In this document: positions 1 to 9,442 of the stretch, piece by piece
Position numbering within the stretch: the stretch's first letter is position 1
Layout: each line of letters starts with the position of its first letter
DNA from: an uncultured bacterium
GTDB lineage: Bacteria; T1Sed10-126
NCBI GenBank assembly: GCA_964566495.1
Contig: CAZMIT010000005.1
Span: forward strand, 1 to 36,910
Reading direction: 5' to 3'
Length of the DNA stretch: 36,910 nt
Notes under the pieces: generated by a model
Told to the model about the DNA's origin: nothing
Database searches by the model: none
The model's input: only the letters and a program-made list of their open reading frames with translations
Translations under genes and position numbers: made by a program

Positions 1-148
1 GCAGGTCGCCTTCCTTTTTTAACGTAACGAAAACTCCCTGGCGATCATTCAAGAGTCGGTCTGGCAAATCCTCGGGCGGATCTATAATATCTCCGCGTTC
101 ACAAAAAGTTACCACTGCATTTTGAGCCAACTCAACAATTTCTTCCAT
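1..148 (-). CDS. AMMECR1-domain protein (AmmeMemoRadiSam system protein A), 5' part; runs off the left edge
   Basis: Manual translation from ATG at 148: MEEIVELAQNAVVTFCERGDIIDPPEDLPDRLLNDRQGVFVTLKKEGDL. GVFVTLxxxGxL(RGC) is the AMMECR1 family signature. Confidence 0.8.
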   Translation of the reverse strand, partial: MEEIVELAQNAVVTFCERGDIIDPPEDLPDRLLNDRQGVFVTLKKEGDL

Positions 149-183
149 TTTTATTAACACCCCAGGTGAAAGGTTGGCTTTAT

Positions 184-1200
184 TCAAGCAACTTCTACGC
201 GATCACGACCGCCGTTTTTGGCCTGATATAGAGCGCGGTCGGCGGCTTCTACGAGGTCCTCAGAGTCTTTCTGACCGTCGGGAACCATGGTATGGGTGCC
301 GATACTCACCGTAAGATACTCATCAACCGGTGAACTTTCGTGTTCCATGCGTGCCTCCCGGACCGCTTCACGAATGTTTTCAGCGACCTGGCGGGCACCA
401 CTGGCTGGTGTGGTGGGGAGAATAGCGGCAAACTCCTCACCGCCGTAACGGGCCGCCGTATCAGCGGCACGACGAGCATTTGCCGAAATAATTTCCGCCA
501 CCTCTTTCAGACACTCGTCGCCACGGGTGTGACCGTAGTTGTCGTTGTAAAGTTTAAAGTGATCGATATCAATGATAAGCAGCGAAAGAGGAGCATGCTT
601 GCGACGGCAGCGATTCCACTCCTCCTCCAGGGCCTGGTCAAAACCGCGTCTATTCATGACCCCGGTAAGGCTGTCAAAAATTGCCTGTTCTTCCAATCTC
701 TGGTTCGCCTTCTGCAGGCGGTGCCGGGTGAGACGCAACTCCTCTTCCAATTGCTTGCGCCCGTGAACATCACGAACTATAGCAAGATAGTATTGGCCAG
801 CAGGCAGCGGTAAATTTGTAAGACTAATTTCAGCGGGAAAGGGTATTTCATCAGCGCGTTTATTTGTCCACTCAAAATGGTGCGAGTCCCCTGACTCTAC
901 CTCTTCCAGCAAGTTTTTGAGCTTGGTTTCCGAATTTTGGCCGTCGGCCTGCACGACCTGGGAAAATTCAACAAATGAACGACCGGTAATCTCTTCGCGC
1001 GAACAACCAAAAACAGCCTCGGTTTCCTCGTTACAATCAATTATTTCAGTCTCTTTATTGAGGATAAAAATTGGATTTGGAGCGACAAGAAAGAGGTTGC
1101 GATATTTATCTATGCGGCGGCGGTTCAGCCAGTAAAGAACAGCAAAGATTACAGCAGTAACTGTTATGACTACAACAGCTGTCCCTTCGATTAATCCCAT
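184..1200 (-). CDS. Membrane-anchored PAS-domain diguanylate cyclase
   Basis: N-terminal hydrophobic helix, PAS domain, coiled linker, DSLTG, DIDHFK, intact RYGGEEF and I-site RAAD. ATG at 1200 has GGAAGG upstream; the ORF track starts at TTG 1209. Confidence 0.92.
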   Translation of the reverse strand: MGLIEGTAVVVITVTAVIFAVLYWLNRRRIDKYRNLFLVAPNPIFILNKETEIIDCNEETEAVFGCSREEITGRSFVEFSQVVQADGQNSETKLKNLLEEVESGDSHHFEWTNKRADEIPFPAEISLTNLPLPAGQYYLAIVRDVHGRKQLEEELRLTRHRLQKANQRLEEQAIFDSLTGVMNRRGFDQALEEEWNRCRRKHAPLSLLIIDIDHFKLYNDNYGHTRGDECLKEVAEIISANARRAADTAARYGGEEFAAILPTTPASGARQVAENIREAVREARMEHESSPVDEYLTVSIGTHTMVPDGQKDSEDLVEAADRALYQAKNGGRDRVEVA

Positions 1201-1303
1201 CTTATTCAACCTTCCATTTTTTGTTTCGCTTTTCCCTGTAGATACATTATAAATTATCCCTGAGATCTTGAAAGGCTTTTTTTTGAGGAGCGAGGCGCTG
1301 GGA

Positions 1304-1449
1304 GCGGGGCGTAAACATCGAACCTGCGAACAGGCGAGCAGGCGATAAACCTGTGATTGGGCGGTGGGGAGATGGGGCGAGCGGGGGAAAGTTCGCCGAG
1401 CGCTGGGAGCAGGGCGCGGGGCGTAAACATCGAGCCTGCGAACAAGCGA
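1304..1449. repeat. 34-bp direct repeat pair (1304-1337 and 1416-1449)
   Basis: GCGGGGCGTAAACATCGA(A/G)CCTGCGAACA(G/A)GCGA, 32/34 identical, 112 bp apart. GCGCTGGGAGC lies at or just before the start of each copy. Confidence 0.85.
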
Positions 1450-1482
1450 AAGTTCGGGAAATCAAGGTCAAGGTCAAAGTCG

Positions 1483-1646
1483 CTGGATTCCGGCTCGGAG
1501 GCCGGAATGACGGGCGGTAGGTCAAGGTCAAGGTCAAAATCAAGAACATGAACAAGATTTTGAGAAGTTGATGAATTTGAATTAGCTTTCAGCTTTTGGC
1601 TTTGAGCTTTAAGCTGGTGTTTTCCGGCTCGGGGGCCGGAATGACG
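1483..1646. repeat. Two CGTC-type REP-like palindromes (1483-1512 and 1622-1646) among hexamer and heptamer tandem repeats
   Basis: TTCCGGC-TCGG(A/G)G-GCCGGAA-TGACG hairpins, flanked by AAGGTC hexamers and AGCTTTN heptamers. Confidence 0.8.
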
Positions 1647-1907
1647 AGCGTTAGATCAAGTTCCCCCCTCACCTGTGTCCTCTCCCTCGGCGGGGAGAGG
1701 AATTACATCAAGAGCGACTTGAGGGGGTCGTGGGGAAGGGTTGTTAGCTTTTAGTGAAAGTTTTGGAAATTTGTCTCCGATAAAATATAATTTAGGCTAC
1801 ATGGCTCCTCAGACAAGAAGGGCTCACCTGTAAAGGGAGGAGTTTTTGTAAGGATAAAATCGAGGCAGACAAATCAGTTAATAATCAGTGGAGGCAGTGA
1901 TTCTGTT

Positions 1908-3605
1908 TTGAAGACGGAAATAATTGATTACGACGCGATAATAATTGGCGGCGGGGCGGCCGGGCTGCGGGCCGGACTGGCGCTGACAGAAAAAGGAGCA
2001 CCGCGAATAGCAATTATTTCCAAACTGCCACCGGTAAGAAGTCACACTGCCGCAGCTCGCGGAGGAATCGGGGCTGTTCTAAATGAAAACGAAGCGGACT
2101 CCCCCGCCCAGCACGCCCGGGATACGATAAAAGCGGGGGCGGGACTGGCCGATCGACCGGCGGTAAAAAGCTTCTGCCGGGCGGCCGGAGATGAGATTGA
2201 AAGACTGGCTGAGCTCGGTATGCCCTTTAACGAGACTGAAGAAGGGAAAATTGCCGGACGTAAATTTGCGGGACATTCCGACACGAAAAACCGGCCCGCC
2301 CGGAGGTCCCGCTATGCCGGCGATCGTACCGGCCAGATACTGCTTCATACACTGCACGATCACTGCCGGAGCCGAGCGATAGATTTCTTTGATGAACACC
2401 TTGTCCTCCAGCTCTGCCAGAGGGAGGGGAGATTCTGTGGAGCACTCGCTCGAGATCTGGCAAGCGGCAGGTCTAAGTTGTTTCGAAGCCGGGCAACACT
2501 ACTGGCCAGCGGCGGGGCGGGGGAGCTTTTTGAATTTACCAGCAACTCATTGAATTGTACCGGCGATGGCCAGGCTATGGCGGTACGATCTGGCATCCCC
2601 CTGCAGGACCCGGAGTTCTACCAGTATCACCCGACGGTTTTGCCGCGATTGGGAGTGCTGGTAACCGGGGCGGCGCGCAGCCTGGGGGGCCGGCTCTTGA
2701 ACCACCGTGGGGACCGTTTTATGGAGAAATACGCCCCGAAACAACTGGAGCTGGCCCCACGAGATAAGTTAAGCCGGGCAATTAGCCGGGAAATAGCGGC
2801 AGGACGAGGCGTCGAGAGTGGCGACTGCGTGTATCTTGACCTGCGAGACGTGGAAACTAAAAAGTTAAAGCAGGATCTACCAGAGGTGGTCAGCAGCTGT
2901 CGCAACTACCTGGATTTAAAACCGGAAGAGGAGCTAATTCCAGTTCGACCAGCCGCCCACTACTGGATGGGAGGAATACCGACGGACAGCGCAGGGCGGG
3001 TATTAGGGGTTAATCAGTCGCCGGTGCCGGGACTGTTTGCAGCCGGCGAGTGCGCCTCTGTTTCAATCCACGGTGCCAACCGCCTGGGGACTAATTCACT
3101 GGCTGAAACCCAGGTGATGGGAGCCCGGGCGGGACGCCGAATTACCGCGGAAATAGAGGAAGATTCTCGGCTGCCAAAACCAGGGGAACTGCAGAAAGAT
3201 CTGGCCCCGCTCAGCACCGCCTTACCGGAAGCAGGTCGACTGCTGGAACAATTACAGACCATCACCAGCAAATGCCTGGGCATTTTTCGTAACGAAGAAA
3301 AGCTGTGCCGGGGACAAGAGAAGCTTATCCAGTTGAACCGGGAGCTTGCAAACAGCGCCCGGGTGGAAGTAAAAGACCGCCCCTACTCTTACAATCTGAA
3401 GGCGACGTTTGAACTCAAAAACCTGCTCTTGCTGGCCCGGCTAACAGTTGCGGCGGCTTTAAAGAGAACTGAAAGCCGGGGTGCCCACTACCGGAGCGAT
3501 TTTCCGGAAGCGGACGAAAAATTAAAGTGTCACTCGCTGGTTCGGCTCAGGGGAGAGGAGCCAACCGTCAGATACAGAGCGGTGAGTGAAGAAGATGAAA
3601 ACTAA
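1908..3605 (+). CDS. sdhA: Succinate dehydrogenase/fumarate reductase flavoprotein subunit (divergent)
   Basis: GGGAAG FAD motif, RSHT (covalent-FAD His), QYHPT, ELAPRD, HYWMGG, HGANRLGTNSL and ESRGAHYRSDFP. Confidence 0.85.
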   Translation: MKTEIIDYDAIIIGGGAAGLRAGLALTEKGAPRIAIISKLPPVRSHTAAARGGIGAVLNENEADSPAQHARDTIKAGAGLADRPAVKSFCRAAGDEIERLAELGMPFNETEEGKIAGRKFAGHSDTKNRPARRSRYAGDRTGQILLHTLHDHCRSRAIDFFDEHLVLQLCQREGRFCGALARDLASGRSKLFRSRATLLASGGAGELFEFTSNSLNCTGDGQAMAVRSGIPLQDPEFYQYHPTVLPRLGVLVTGAARSLGGRLLNHRGDRFMEKYAPKQLELAPRDKLSRAISREIAAGRGVESGDCVYLDLRDVETKKLKQDLPEVVSSCRNYLDLKPEEELIPVRPAAHYWMGGIPTDSAGRVLGVNQSPVPGLFAAGECASVSIHGANRLGTNSLAETQVMGARAGRRITAEIEEDSRLPKPGELQKDLAPLSTALPEAGRLLEQLQTITSKCLGIFRNEEKLCRGQEKLIQLNRELANSARVEVKDRPYSYNLKATFELKNLLLLARLTVAAALKRTESRGAHYRSDFPEADEKLKCHSLVRLRGEEPTVRYRAVSEEDEN

Positions 3606-4269
3606 ACTCAAAATCTTGCGGCAACAATCAGTAGAAAGTGAGCCCGAGTGGGAAAATTATGAACTGGAGGTCGAGCCCGCGGAGCGGCTGTTAGACGCCT
3701 TATTAAAAATAAGACGGGATGTGGAGCCGGAGTTAGCTTTTCGGGCCAACTGCAAGAGCGGACAGTGTGGTGCGGATGCAATGAACATAAACGGCCAACC
3801 AAGGCTGGCCTGCCGCACTCTTTTTAAAGACCTGGCCAACCCGGAACAGGTAACCATAAGACCGCTCGACGGCTACCGGGTGCTCAAGGACCTGGTCGTC
3901 GACCTGACGGAAGTGGAACAACTGGGAGGCGAAATTATAAAATCGGCGGCTGATGATTTGTCCACCCCCGAGAGGGACAAAGAGGAAGTGCGGGAAGCGG
4001 CGAGCTGTAACCTCTGTGGTGGTTGTGTCCCCGCCTGCCCGGTAACCTGGCGCAGCGACCTGTTTCCCGGACCGGCAGCGCTGCTTAAAAGCTACCGGCT
4101 ACTGGAAATATTCAGTCGCGAGGGGAAAGATCGCTGGTTAGAAAAAATAAATCGAGACAGCGGGCTCTGGGGCTGTGAGACAGATTACAACTGTCTGGAA
4201 GTATGTCCACGGGAAATAAACATAACCGAGCTAATCAGCTGTTTGAAGCGAGAAATTGCTGCTCAATAA
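3586..4269 (+). CDS. sdhB: Succinate dehydrogenase/fumarate reductase iron-sulfur subunit
   Basis: CKSGQCGAD...LAC (2Fe-2S), CNLCGGCVPACP and CETDYNCLEVCP (4Fe-4S/3Fe-4S), and VLKDLVVD. Overlaps the sdhA stop. Alternative start ATG 3595. Confidence 0.88.
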   Translation: MKKMKTKLKILRQQSVESEPEWENYELEVEPAERLLDALLKIRRDVEPELAFRANCKSGQCGADAMNINGQPRLACRTLFKDLANPEQVTIRPLDGYRVLKDLVVDLTEVEQLGGEIIKSAADDLSTPERDKEEVREAASCNLCGGCVPACPVTWRSDLFPGPAALLKSYRLLEIFSREGKDRWLEKINRDSGLWGCETDYNCLEVCPREINITELISCLKREIAAQ

Positions 4270-4963
4270 TCGACTTGACTCCCGCCCAGTTGTCGACGGC
4301 AGGAGACCACGGTTCTTGAACCGGAGTCGGATAACGAAATCGTAGGGTATGCAACCCGATTGATGCGGCGGGGCGCATGTCGACGGCAACATCGTTACCA
4401 ATCATGCAGCACTGCTGCGGGTCCACCTGGAGCGTCTCCAGGACGTGAAAAAATATTTTTTTATCCGGCTTGTGATAACCAACTTCGCTGGAAATAAAGA
4501 GCCGCTCGAAATAATCGCTGAGTTCAAGATTGGAAAGCAGACGGCGAGCCCGCCGGTCCCAGTTGCTAAGGACTGCCAGACGCAGACCAGAGTTCCGCAG
4601 ACTTTCAAGCGCCGGCCGGGCGCCCGAAAAAACCGACCAAGCGTTGGGGGAAAGGAAATGCTGGAATACACGAGCAGTAAGCTCAGCTAACTGTTCGCCG
4701 TCCAGGCGGGGAAATACGGAAGCGACAACTCGCTGCCAGAACCAGAAGCCTTCGCTAATAGTAGTGCCAAAACAATGTCCATTTGTGGAGCGATAAAGCC
4801 ACTGGAAAGTTCTCTTAAAACGCCGGCGAACAGTTCGCGGAGACGGTAGCCTAAACTCAGGCAGAAGCTGAGCCGCGACCGACAAATACTGCTGTTCAAC
4901 CGGGGGTTCAGGATAAATAAGGGTTTCCCCAACATCAACTAATAAAACCTCTAAATCAGCCAT
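4235..4963 (-). CDS. HAD-superfamily hydrolase (REG-2-like, subfamily IA)
   Basis: Motif I DVGETL, motif II LSNWD, motif III KPDKKIF and motif IV IGNDVAVD. Confidence 0.88.
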   Translation of the reverse strand: MADLEVLLVDVGETLIYPEPPVEQQYLSVAAQLLPEFRLPSPRTVRRRFKRTFQWLYRSTNGHCFGTTISEGFWFWQRVVASVFPRLDGEQLAELTARVFQHFLSPNAWSVFSGARPALESLRNSGLRLAVLSNWDRRARRLLSNLELSDYFERLFISSEVGYHKPDKKIFFHVLETLQVDPQQCCMIGNDVAVDMRPAASIGLHTLRFRYPTPVQEPWSPAVDNWAGVKSIIEQQFLASNS

Positions 4964-4972
4964 AAGATTACG

Positions 4973-5497
4973 TCACAGACGCAATAAATTCTCTGTCAAC
5001 GCGTCAATATCCAACAAGTCATAAAACAACTCAATGTCTCGAACAAGCTGTTTGACAGTAAACTCCCCCAGTTTCTGGATGAGGGGCATCTGGCGCCGCT
5101 GAGCCTCTCGCATTAAGGGGCGATATTCTTCTTGTCCCGTCTCCACCTGAAGAATCGAATGCTTTTCCAGACAGATTGAAAACCATAGCAAAATTTCCGG
5201 GCGTGCCGGATCACCCTCATAAAAACGGTTGTGAATAGATTTCATCAGACTGATCCAGTGGTCTCGCCGGCTGAGCTCGAGCGTCAACTTCTTATCCGAC
5301 AGCTCCTCAAGCAACTGATGGTTATAATCAAAGAGATCAAACAGATCCGGACTCACCCCTGGATGCTGAAAAAACAGGGACTGGTAATTTTCAAACTGCC
5401 GACGGCCCTCCAGCTGGAAATACTCGGAGAGCACCTGTTTTTCGTCAACACTCAGAGGTTGTTCGCGAAGCGTATCCGTATCAAACTCAGAAGTCAA
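4973..5497 (-). CDS. Hypothetical protein (174 aa)
   Basis: Fills the gap in a co-oriented gene run, ending 9 bp before the HAD gene. No family recognised. Confidence 0.7.
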   Translation of the reverse strand: MTSEFDTDTLREQPLSVDEKQVLSEYFQLEGRRQFENYQSLFFQHPGVSPDLFDLFDYNHQLLEELSDKKLTLELSRRDHWISLMKSIHNRFYEGDPARPEILLWFSICLEKHSILQVETGQEEYRPLMREAQRRQMPLIQKLGEFTVKQLVRDIELFYDLLDIDALTENLLRL

Positions 5498-5532
5498 TAT
5501 AAAAACAACTCCAGTAAAAAAAATCAGTTATT

Positions 5533-7089
5533 TTAAAATCCGCCCTGGGTGGTACGGGGCCTGTGGCTGCGTTCAATATTTTCCAGATCAGGAGGTGTAA
5601 TTTCGCCCAGGGCCTGGGTCCAGGAGGCCGGAAAATCAAATGAAGGCTGAGCGGCGTCGGCAAGAATATCAGAGGGCAGCGGCCGAATCCAATCAAGCGG
5701 CGGCAACCGACGACCGCTGAAGGATTCAGGGGGCGGCTCCACATTTTCTCGATACTCCTCTGTCCACTGCAGGTAACCTTCCGTCAGTTCATCAAGCCGA
5801 GCATTTTCATTTGCTAACTCTTCAAAACGTTCGCTGACCTTCTCCCAAACCATCGAGTGTTCAGGCGCCCAGGCCCAGCAACACATAAGAATAGCCTCCC
5901 AGACTTCCGGATTTTCATCAAGAAATTCCGGATCGGGAGTTGAGGCATCCCACCAGCTTCCCAGCAGAGCGGCCAGGTCACGAACTGCCTCAGACTGCTC
6001 GTCATTTATCCAATGATAATTCCAGAGGGCGTAAAGGGCAGCGGGCAGATGGGGCCAGGTGGCAAGGGGTGGTTTGCTTTCCTCCCAGTGCCAGAGCCGG
6101 GAGAGCTGATTATCCCCGCGCGGGAAAGGATACTCCGGGCCGGTCGAGACAGCAAGTATGAGAGCGTGATAACGAGCTGCATCCACCCGACCAAGCTCAG
6201 GCTCACGCTGACTGGGAGCAGCACTGGGGATACGAGGAATCAAAATCTCCTGTGAAGAGTCGGTGGAAGTAGGGGTCAGCAACCCCAGCCGTCCCAATCC
6301 CTGGTAGAGAAGCGCTGCCTCCAGACCGTCAGCGTTCCACTGGCGAGCTAACAGATTGCCAAATGCCTCCCGATGAGGATCCATCTCGACCGGACCATAG
6401 CAGCTGAGCGAAAAAGCCATGACCAGCAGGCGCTCACCAATTAGTCGGCTAATGTTTGCTGATTTTTCACGCCAGGAGGTTTCGCCAACGCGTTCGGCGC
6501 CAGCGGCTCGGGGAGCTTCGATAAACGGAAAGAGTGATTCGAAAAACACCGCGTATTTATCCTGCTGATGAATTGCTTCCGTACTTGCCTCCTGAAGCCA
6601 TTTAACTGCTTCTTTTAATTTTTGAGAGGGAGTGTCGGGCGAGGTCCGATCATCGTAATCAAGTTGCTTGGACTCGTCCTGTTCTGGCCAGGGATAGCGA
6701 TTAACGTCCTGGTATAGATCCGTCCACTGGTTAGCGTCCGGCTCAAAAGTATTAATTCCTTCAAAAGGAAGAGATAAGTCCTGATTATTAATTTGATTTT
6801 GCTGTTCGGATTCCGACATATCTTCCCGGGACTCATCAGTTTTATTTTCAGTTTCAACACTCTGCAGATCAGCAAACTCACCCGCAGCAACCGGTTGCCC
6901 GGATTTGGCAGAAGAATCCGAAGTCTCAATTTCATCTTTTTCCCACTCGTCCTTCAGGTTGAACTGGGAGGGGTCAAACTCCCCCGTTGATACATTTTTT
7001 TCACCCCTGGTTGCCACAACAACTACGATAACCAGTGCAACTATGGATAAAAGCAAAACAAGAAACGCTGCTGGATTCATTATAAGCAC
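5533..7089 (-). CDS. Hypothetical membrane-anchored protein
   Basis: 518-aa ORF with an N-terminal TM helix, an acidic low-complexity linker and a Trp-rich C-terminal region. Alternative start ATG 7080. Confidence 0.8.
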   Translation of the reverse strand: MLIMNPAAFLVLLLSIVALVIVVVVATRGEKNVSTGEFDPSQFNLKDEWEKDEIETSDSSAKSGQPVAAGEFADLQSVETENKTDESREDMSESEQQNQINNQDLSLPFEGINTFEPDANQWTDLYQDVNRYPWPEQDESKQLDYDDRTSPDTPSQKLKEAVKWLQEASTEAIHQQDKYAVFFESLFPFIEAPRAAGAERVGETSWREKSANISRLIGERLLVMAFSLSCYGPVEMDPHREAFGNLLARQWNADGLEAALLYQGLGRLGLLTPTSTDSSQEILIPRIPSAAPSQREPELGRVDAARYHALILAVSTGPEYPFPRGDNQLSRLWHWEESKPPLATWPHLPAALYALWNYHWINDEQSEAVRDLAALLGSWWDASTPDPEFLDENPEVWEAILMCCWAWAPEHSMVWEKVSERFEELANENARLDELTEGYLQWTEEYRENVEPPPESFSGRRLPPLDWIRPLPSDILADAAQPSFDFPASWTQALGEITPPDLENIERSHRPRTTQGGF

Positions 7090-7269
7090 CCCAAAATTAT
7101 TATAACATCCACTTACTATCGTTGCAGCGGCTTTATGTAAAACAAGCAGAACCTGCCTGCGTTGCGTCAGTGCCGCGCTTGCCGGGGAATGATAGAGAGG
7201 TATTCCGCAATCCTGCGAAATACGTCCCTGCCGGGGAGAAACTGAAAGAAACCGAGTATTGTTGGACAG

Positions 7270-8691
7270 TTAATGAGCCGGTGCAAAAAGCTGCCGCTGC
7301 TGCTCCCCCCGTGACGAGCTGAGTGAACATTCGCCACAGCGACCATTCTGGCAGTAGTGTTTGTAAAGAAAAACCGCCCCCTGTTGATGAGCAGCCGAAG
7401 GCCAGTCAATCTCCAGCCCAGCCTGGCGCTCAATTATTCGAGTGCGCCGGTTAGAAAGAACGGGCGGGAAATTTAAAAATATTTGCTCCCAGCGGCGTCG
7501 ACAGGACGTGCGACCGCTAAAAAGAGCTCGCTGATAAAAATAAGGAATTATCACGTTTACAAGAAGTTGATCAAACCATTTTTTTCCAACCGGCGAGGGA
7601 ACAGAAGCCCGGCGGTCGTCTGAAAAAGTATAGTGATAGCGCCAGTAACTCCGGCTGGGGAATTCAAATTTAGGCAGCAAACGGCGGGCAAACAAAGAGC
7701 GCAGGCTATCAGCTTTCAGACAGTCGTCCTCAAGAGAGGACAGGTGCTGACGCCAGTTAGTGGCAAGCCGCCGAGTTGCCCAGCCAAAGGCGAGCCAGCG
7801 ACGGTAAGGATAACTCTGCGGACGAACCTTTCCGAGCCGCCAGTAGGAAGGGGTCTGAATTAATGATCGTTCATCACCCAGCTCCTGCCGCCAGTAGCGG
7901 CGACGACGGTAGATAGAACTATTAAGCTCAGAACCGGATTTTTGTTGAAACCAGCCCCCTTTACCAAGCAGCCAGGCCTCAAGTTCAAGCGGTCGTTTTA
8001 ACTCAGCGAGCCGTTGAAAGAATATCTCGGGAGGCAGGCGACGGGCAAGGCAGCGAAACTGCCGATGATTGAACGTATAGCCAAGAGCACCAACCAGAGG
8101 CTGCCAGAGCCGACGCTCAACGGGGAGACGATACAGACTAACAGCGCGACTATAAAGCCAGCAAAGAGCAGCCCGGCGCAACTGCACAAGTAAACGACGG
8201 CTGCCCCTTCCATTAAATTGTTTATAACAGGGATGTTTGACCTGCTGCATACGCTGCAAAAATCGGCGCGGCGAGACAGGTAAATCAAGTTCATCCAACT
8301 CATCTGTGAGAGGGATAGTTGGAATTAAGCGGCCATCTTCACGGCGTGCCGGACAATTGTCTGCAGAATGCAAGCAAACCTGGAGAATAACGCTGTTAAA
8401 AGCGGGATCGCGGTGGTGAGTGTGGCGATACCAGTCGGCCGGATGCTGATGAATTTCAACTGCCCCCGTCCGCCGGACACCATCGGCAGTAAGGACAACC
8501 CCGCGTATATCCGGCCCTGTAGCAGCGGATGGGCGCCCGGCATCAATTACGGTTATGCAGGCGCCGGTAGCGCTGGTAAAATCGTCCTTCGAATCAACCG
8601 TCCACTGCCAGAGCCTGGTTATTTCACCTTCAGTGAACCGAACGTCGGGCTGGCTGGCCAGTGTGGCGAGCGTCTGGTTTGGAGAAGACAT
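7270..8691 (-). CDS. DUF2851 family protein
   Basis: GPDI..., GAVEIH...DWYRHTHHRDPAFNSVILQV, LGYTFN, VRPQSYPYRR, LLVNVIIP and C-terminal QG...YCxxxxCxxC match DUF2851 as I recall it. Confidence 0.8.
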   Translation of the reverse strand: MSSPNQTLATLASQPDVRFTEGEITRLWQWTVDSKDDFTSATGACITVIDAGRPSAATGPDIRGVVLTADGVRRTGAVEIHQHPADWYRHTHHRDPAFNSVILQVCLHSADNCPARREDGRLIPTIPLTDELDELDLPVSPRRFLQRMQQVKHPCYKQFNGRGSRRLLVQLRRAALCWLYSRAVSLYRLPVERRLWQPLVGALGYTFNHRQFRCLARRLPPEIFFQRLAELKRPLELEAWLLGKGGWFQQKSGSELNSSIYRRRRYWRQELGDERSLIQTPSYWRLGKVRPQSYPYRRWLAFGWATRRLATNWRQHLSSLEDDCLKADSLRSLFARRLLPKFEFPSRSYWRYHYTFSDDRRASVPSPVGKKWFDQLLVNVIIPYFYQRALFSGRTSCRRRWEQIFLNFPPVLSNRRTRIIERQAGLEIDWPSAAHQQGAVFLYKHYCQNGRCGECSLSSSRGEQQRQLFAPAH

Positions 8692-8796
8692 AGTCTACCA
8701 CCCCTGTAAATAGACTTGCCTCCTCCAGCCCTAAATTTTGGTTTCAACTGTTTACTTATAATATACGGCATTAGCTGAAGAATATCAATTTTTTCT

Positions 8797-9429
8797 TTAA
8801 TAGGGACGCTGATTGCTGTTTCCCGCGAGGCCGGGAGCCTGCAGATTAAAATTCCCCGTCTGAATAATATCAATAAGATCAGCGGCAGAAGAAATAGTTT
8901 CAGGAAGGGTAATAAAATACTCACCGACCGGCTCTGCGCTGTGAGCATCACTGGCCGTTATTGGATGAAGATCGTGCTGACGGGCATATTCCAAGGATGA
9001 CTCGACTTTGCCAGCTTTGGACTGGTTAAAACTGGCCACCTCAATTGCCCGGAAAGGGTAATCGAGGACAAGTTCATCAAAATCCGGGGTAAAACGAAAC
9101 GGATGAGCTACAAAAGCACAACCGTTGCGCTTCTCTACAGCTGCGGCCAGGGATGCCATATTTTCAATGGAAATTAAGCTGCGATCCGGGCGAGGTAATA
9201 GAACAACGACGTGATGGAGGCCGACGGTTATTTCAGCACCAGAGAGGATCAGCAGTTCCGGAAAGGCCCGGCGCAGTGAGCTCAACTCATTGCGGGGCCA
9301 GAATTGGTTATGTTCAGTAAGGACCAGCCCATCAAGCCCATGTCCCCGCGCCCGGGTAAGCAGATTATCCGGCGCAATTACCGAGCAGCCGGAAAAGCGA
9401 GAGGTATGGGTATGACAGTCTAATTTCAA
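8797..9429 (-). CDS. PHP-domain metal-dependent phosphoesterase
   Basis: DCHTHT, LTEHN, GAEIT, AHPFR and SDAH motifs. Confidence 0.9.
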   Translation of the reverse strand: MKLDCHTHTSRFSGCSVIAPDNLLTRARGHGLDGLVLTEHNQFWPRNELSSLRRAFPELLILSGAEITVGLHHVVVLLPRPDRSLISIENMASLAAAVEKRNGCAFVAHPFRFTPDFDELVLDYPFRAIEVASFNQSKAGKVESSLEYARQHDLHPITASDAHSAEPVGEYFITLPETISSAADLIDIIQTGNFNLQAPGLAGNSNQRPY

Positions 9430-9442
9430 ATAAGAGACCCGC

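Noticed and set aside
1304..1449. Possible mini-CRISPR or c-di-GMP riboswitch upstream of the cyclase
   Set aside because: Only two repeats, a 78-nt low-complexity spacer and no cas genes; the c-di-GMP-I GGCAAAC/GACGCAAAG motifs were not found.
1247..1555. ORFs of 102, 63 and 64 aa in the first intergenic region
   Set aside because: They are translations of tandem and palindromic repeats (LTLTLT, SRSRSK) with no family signal.
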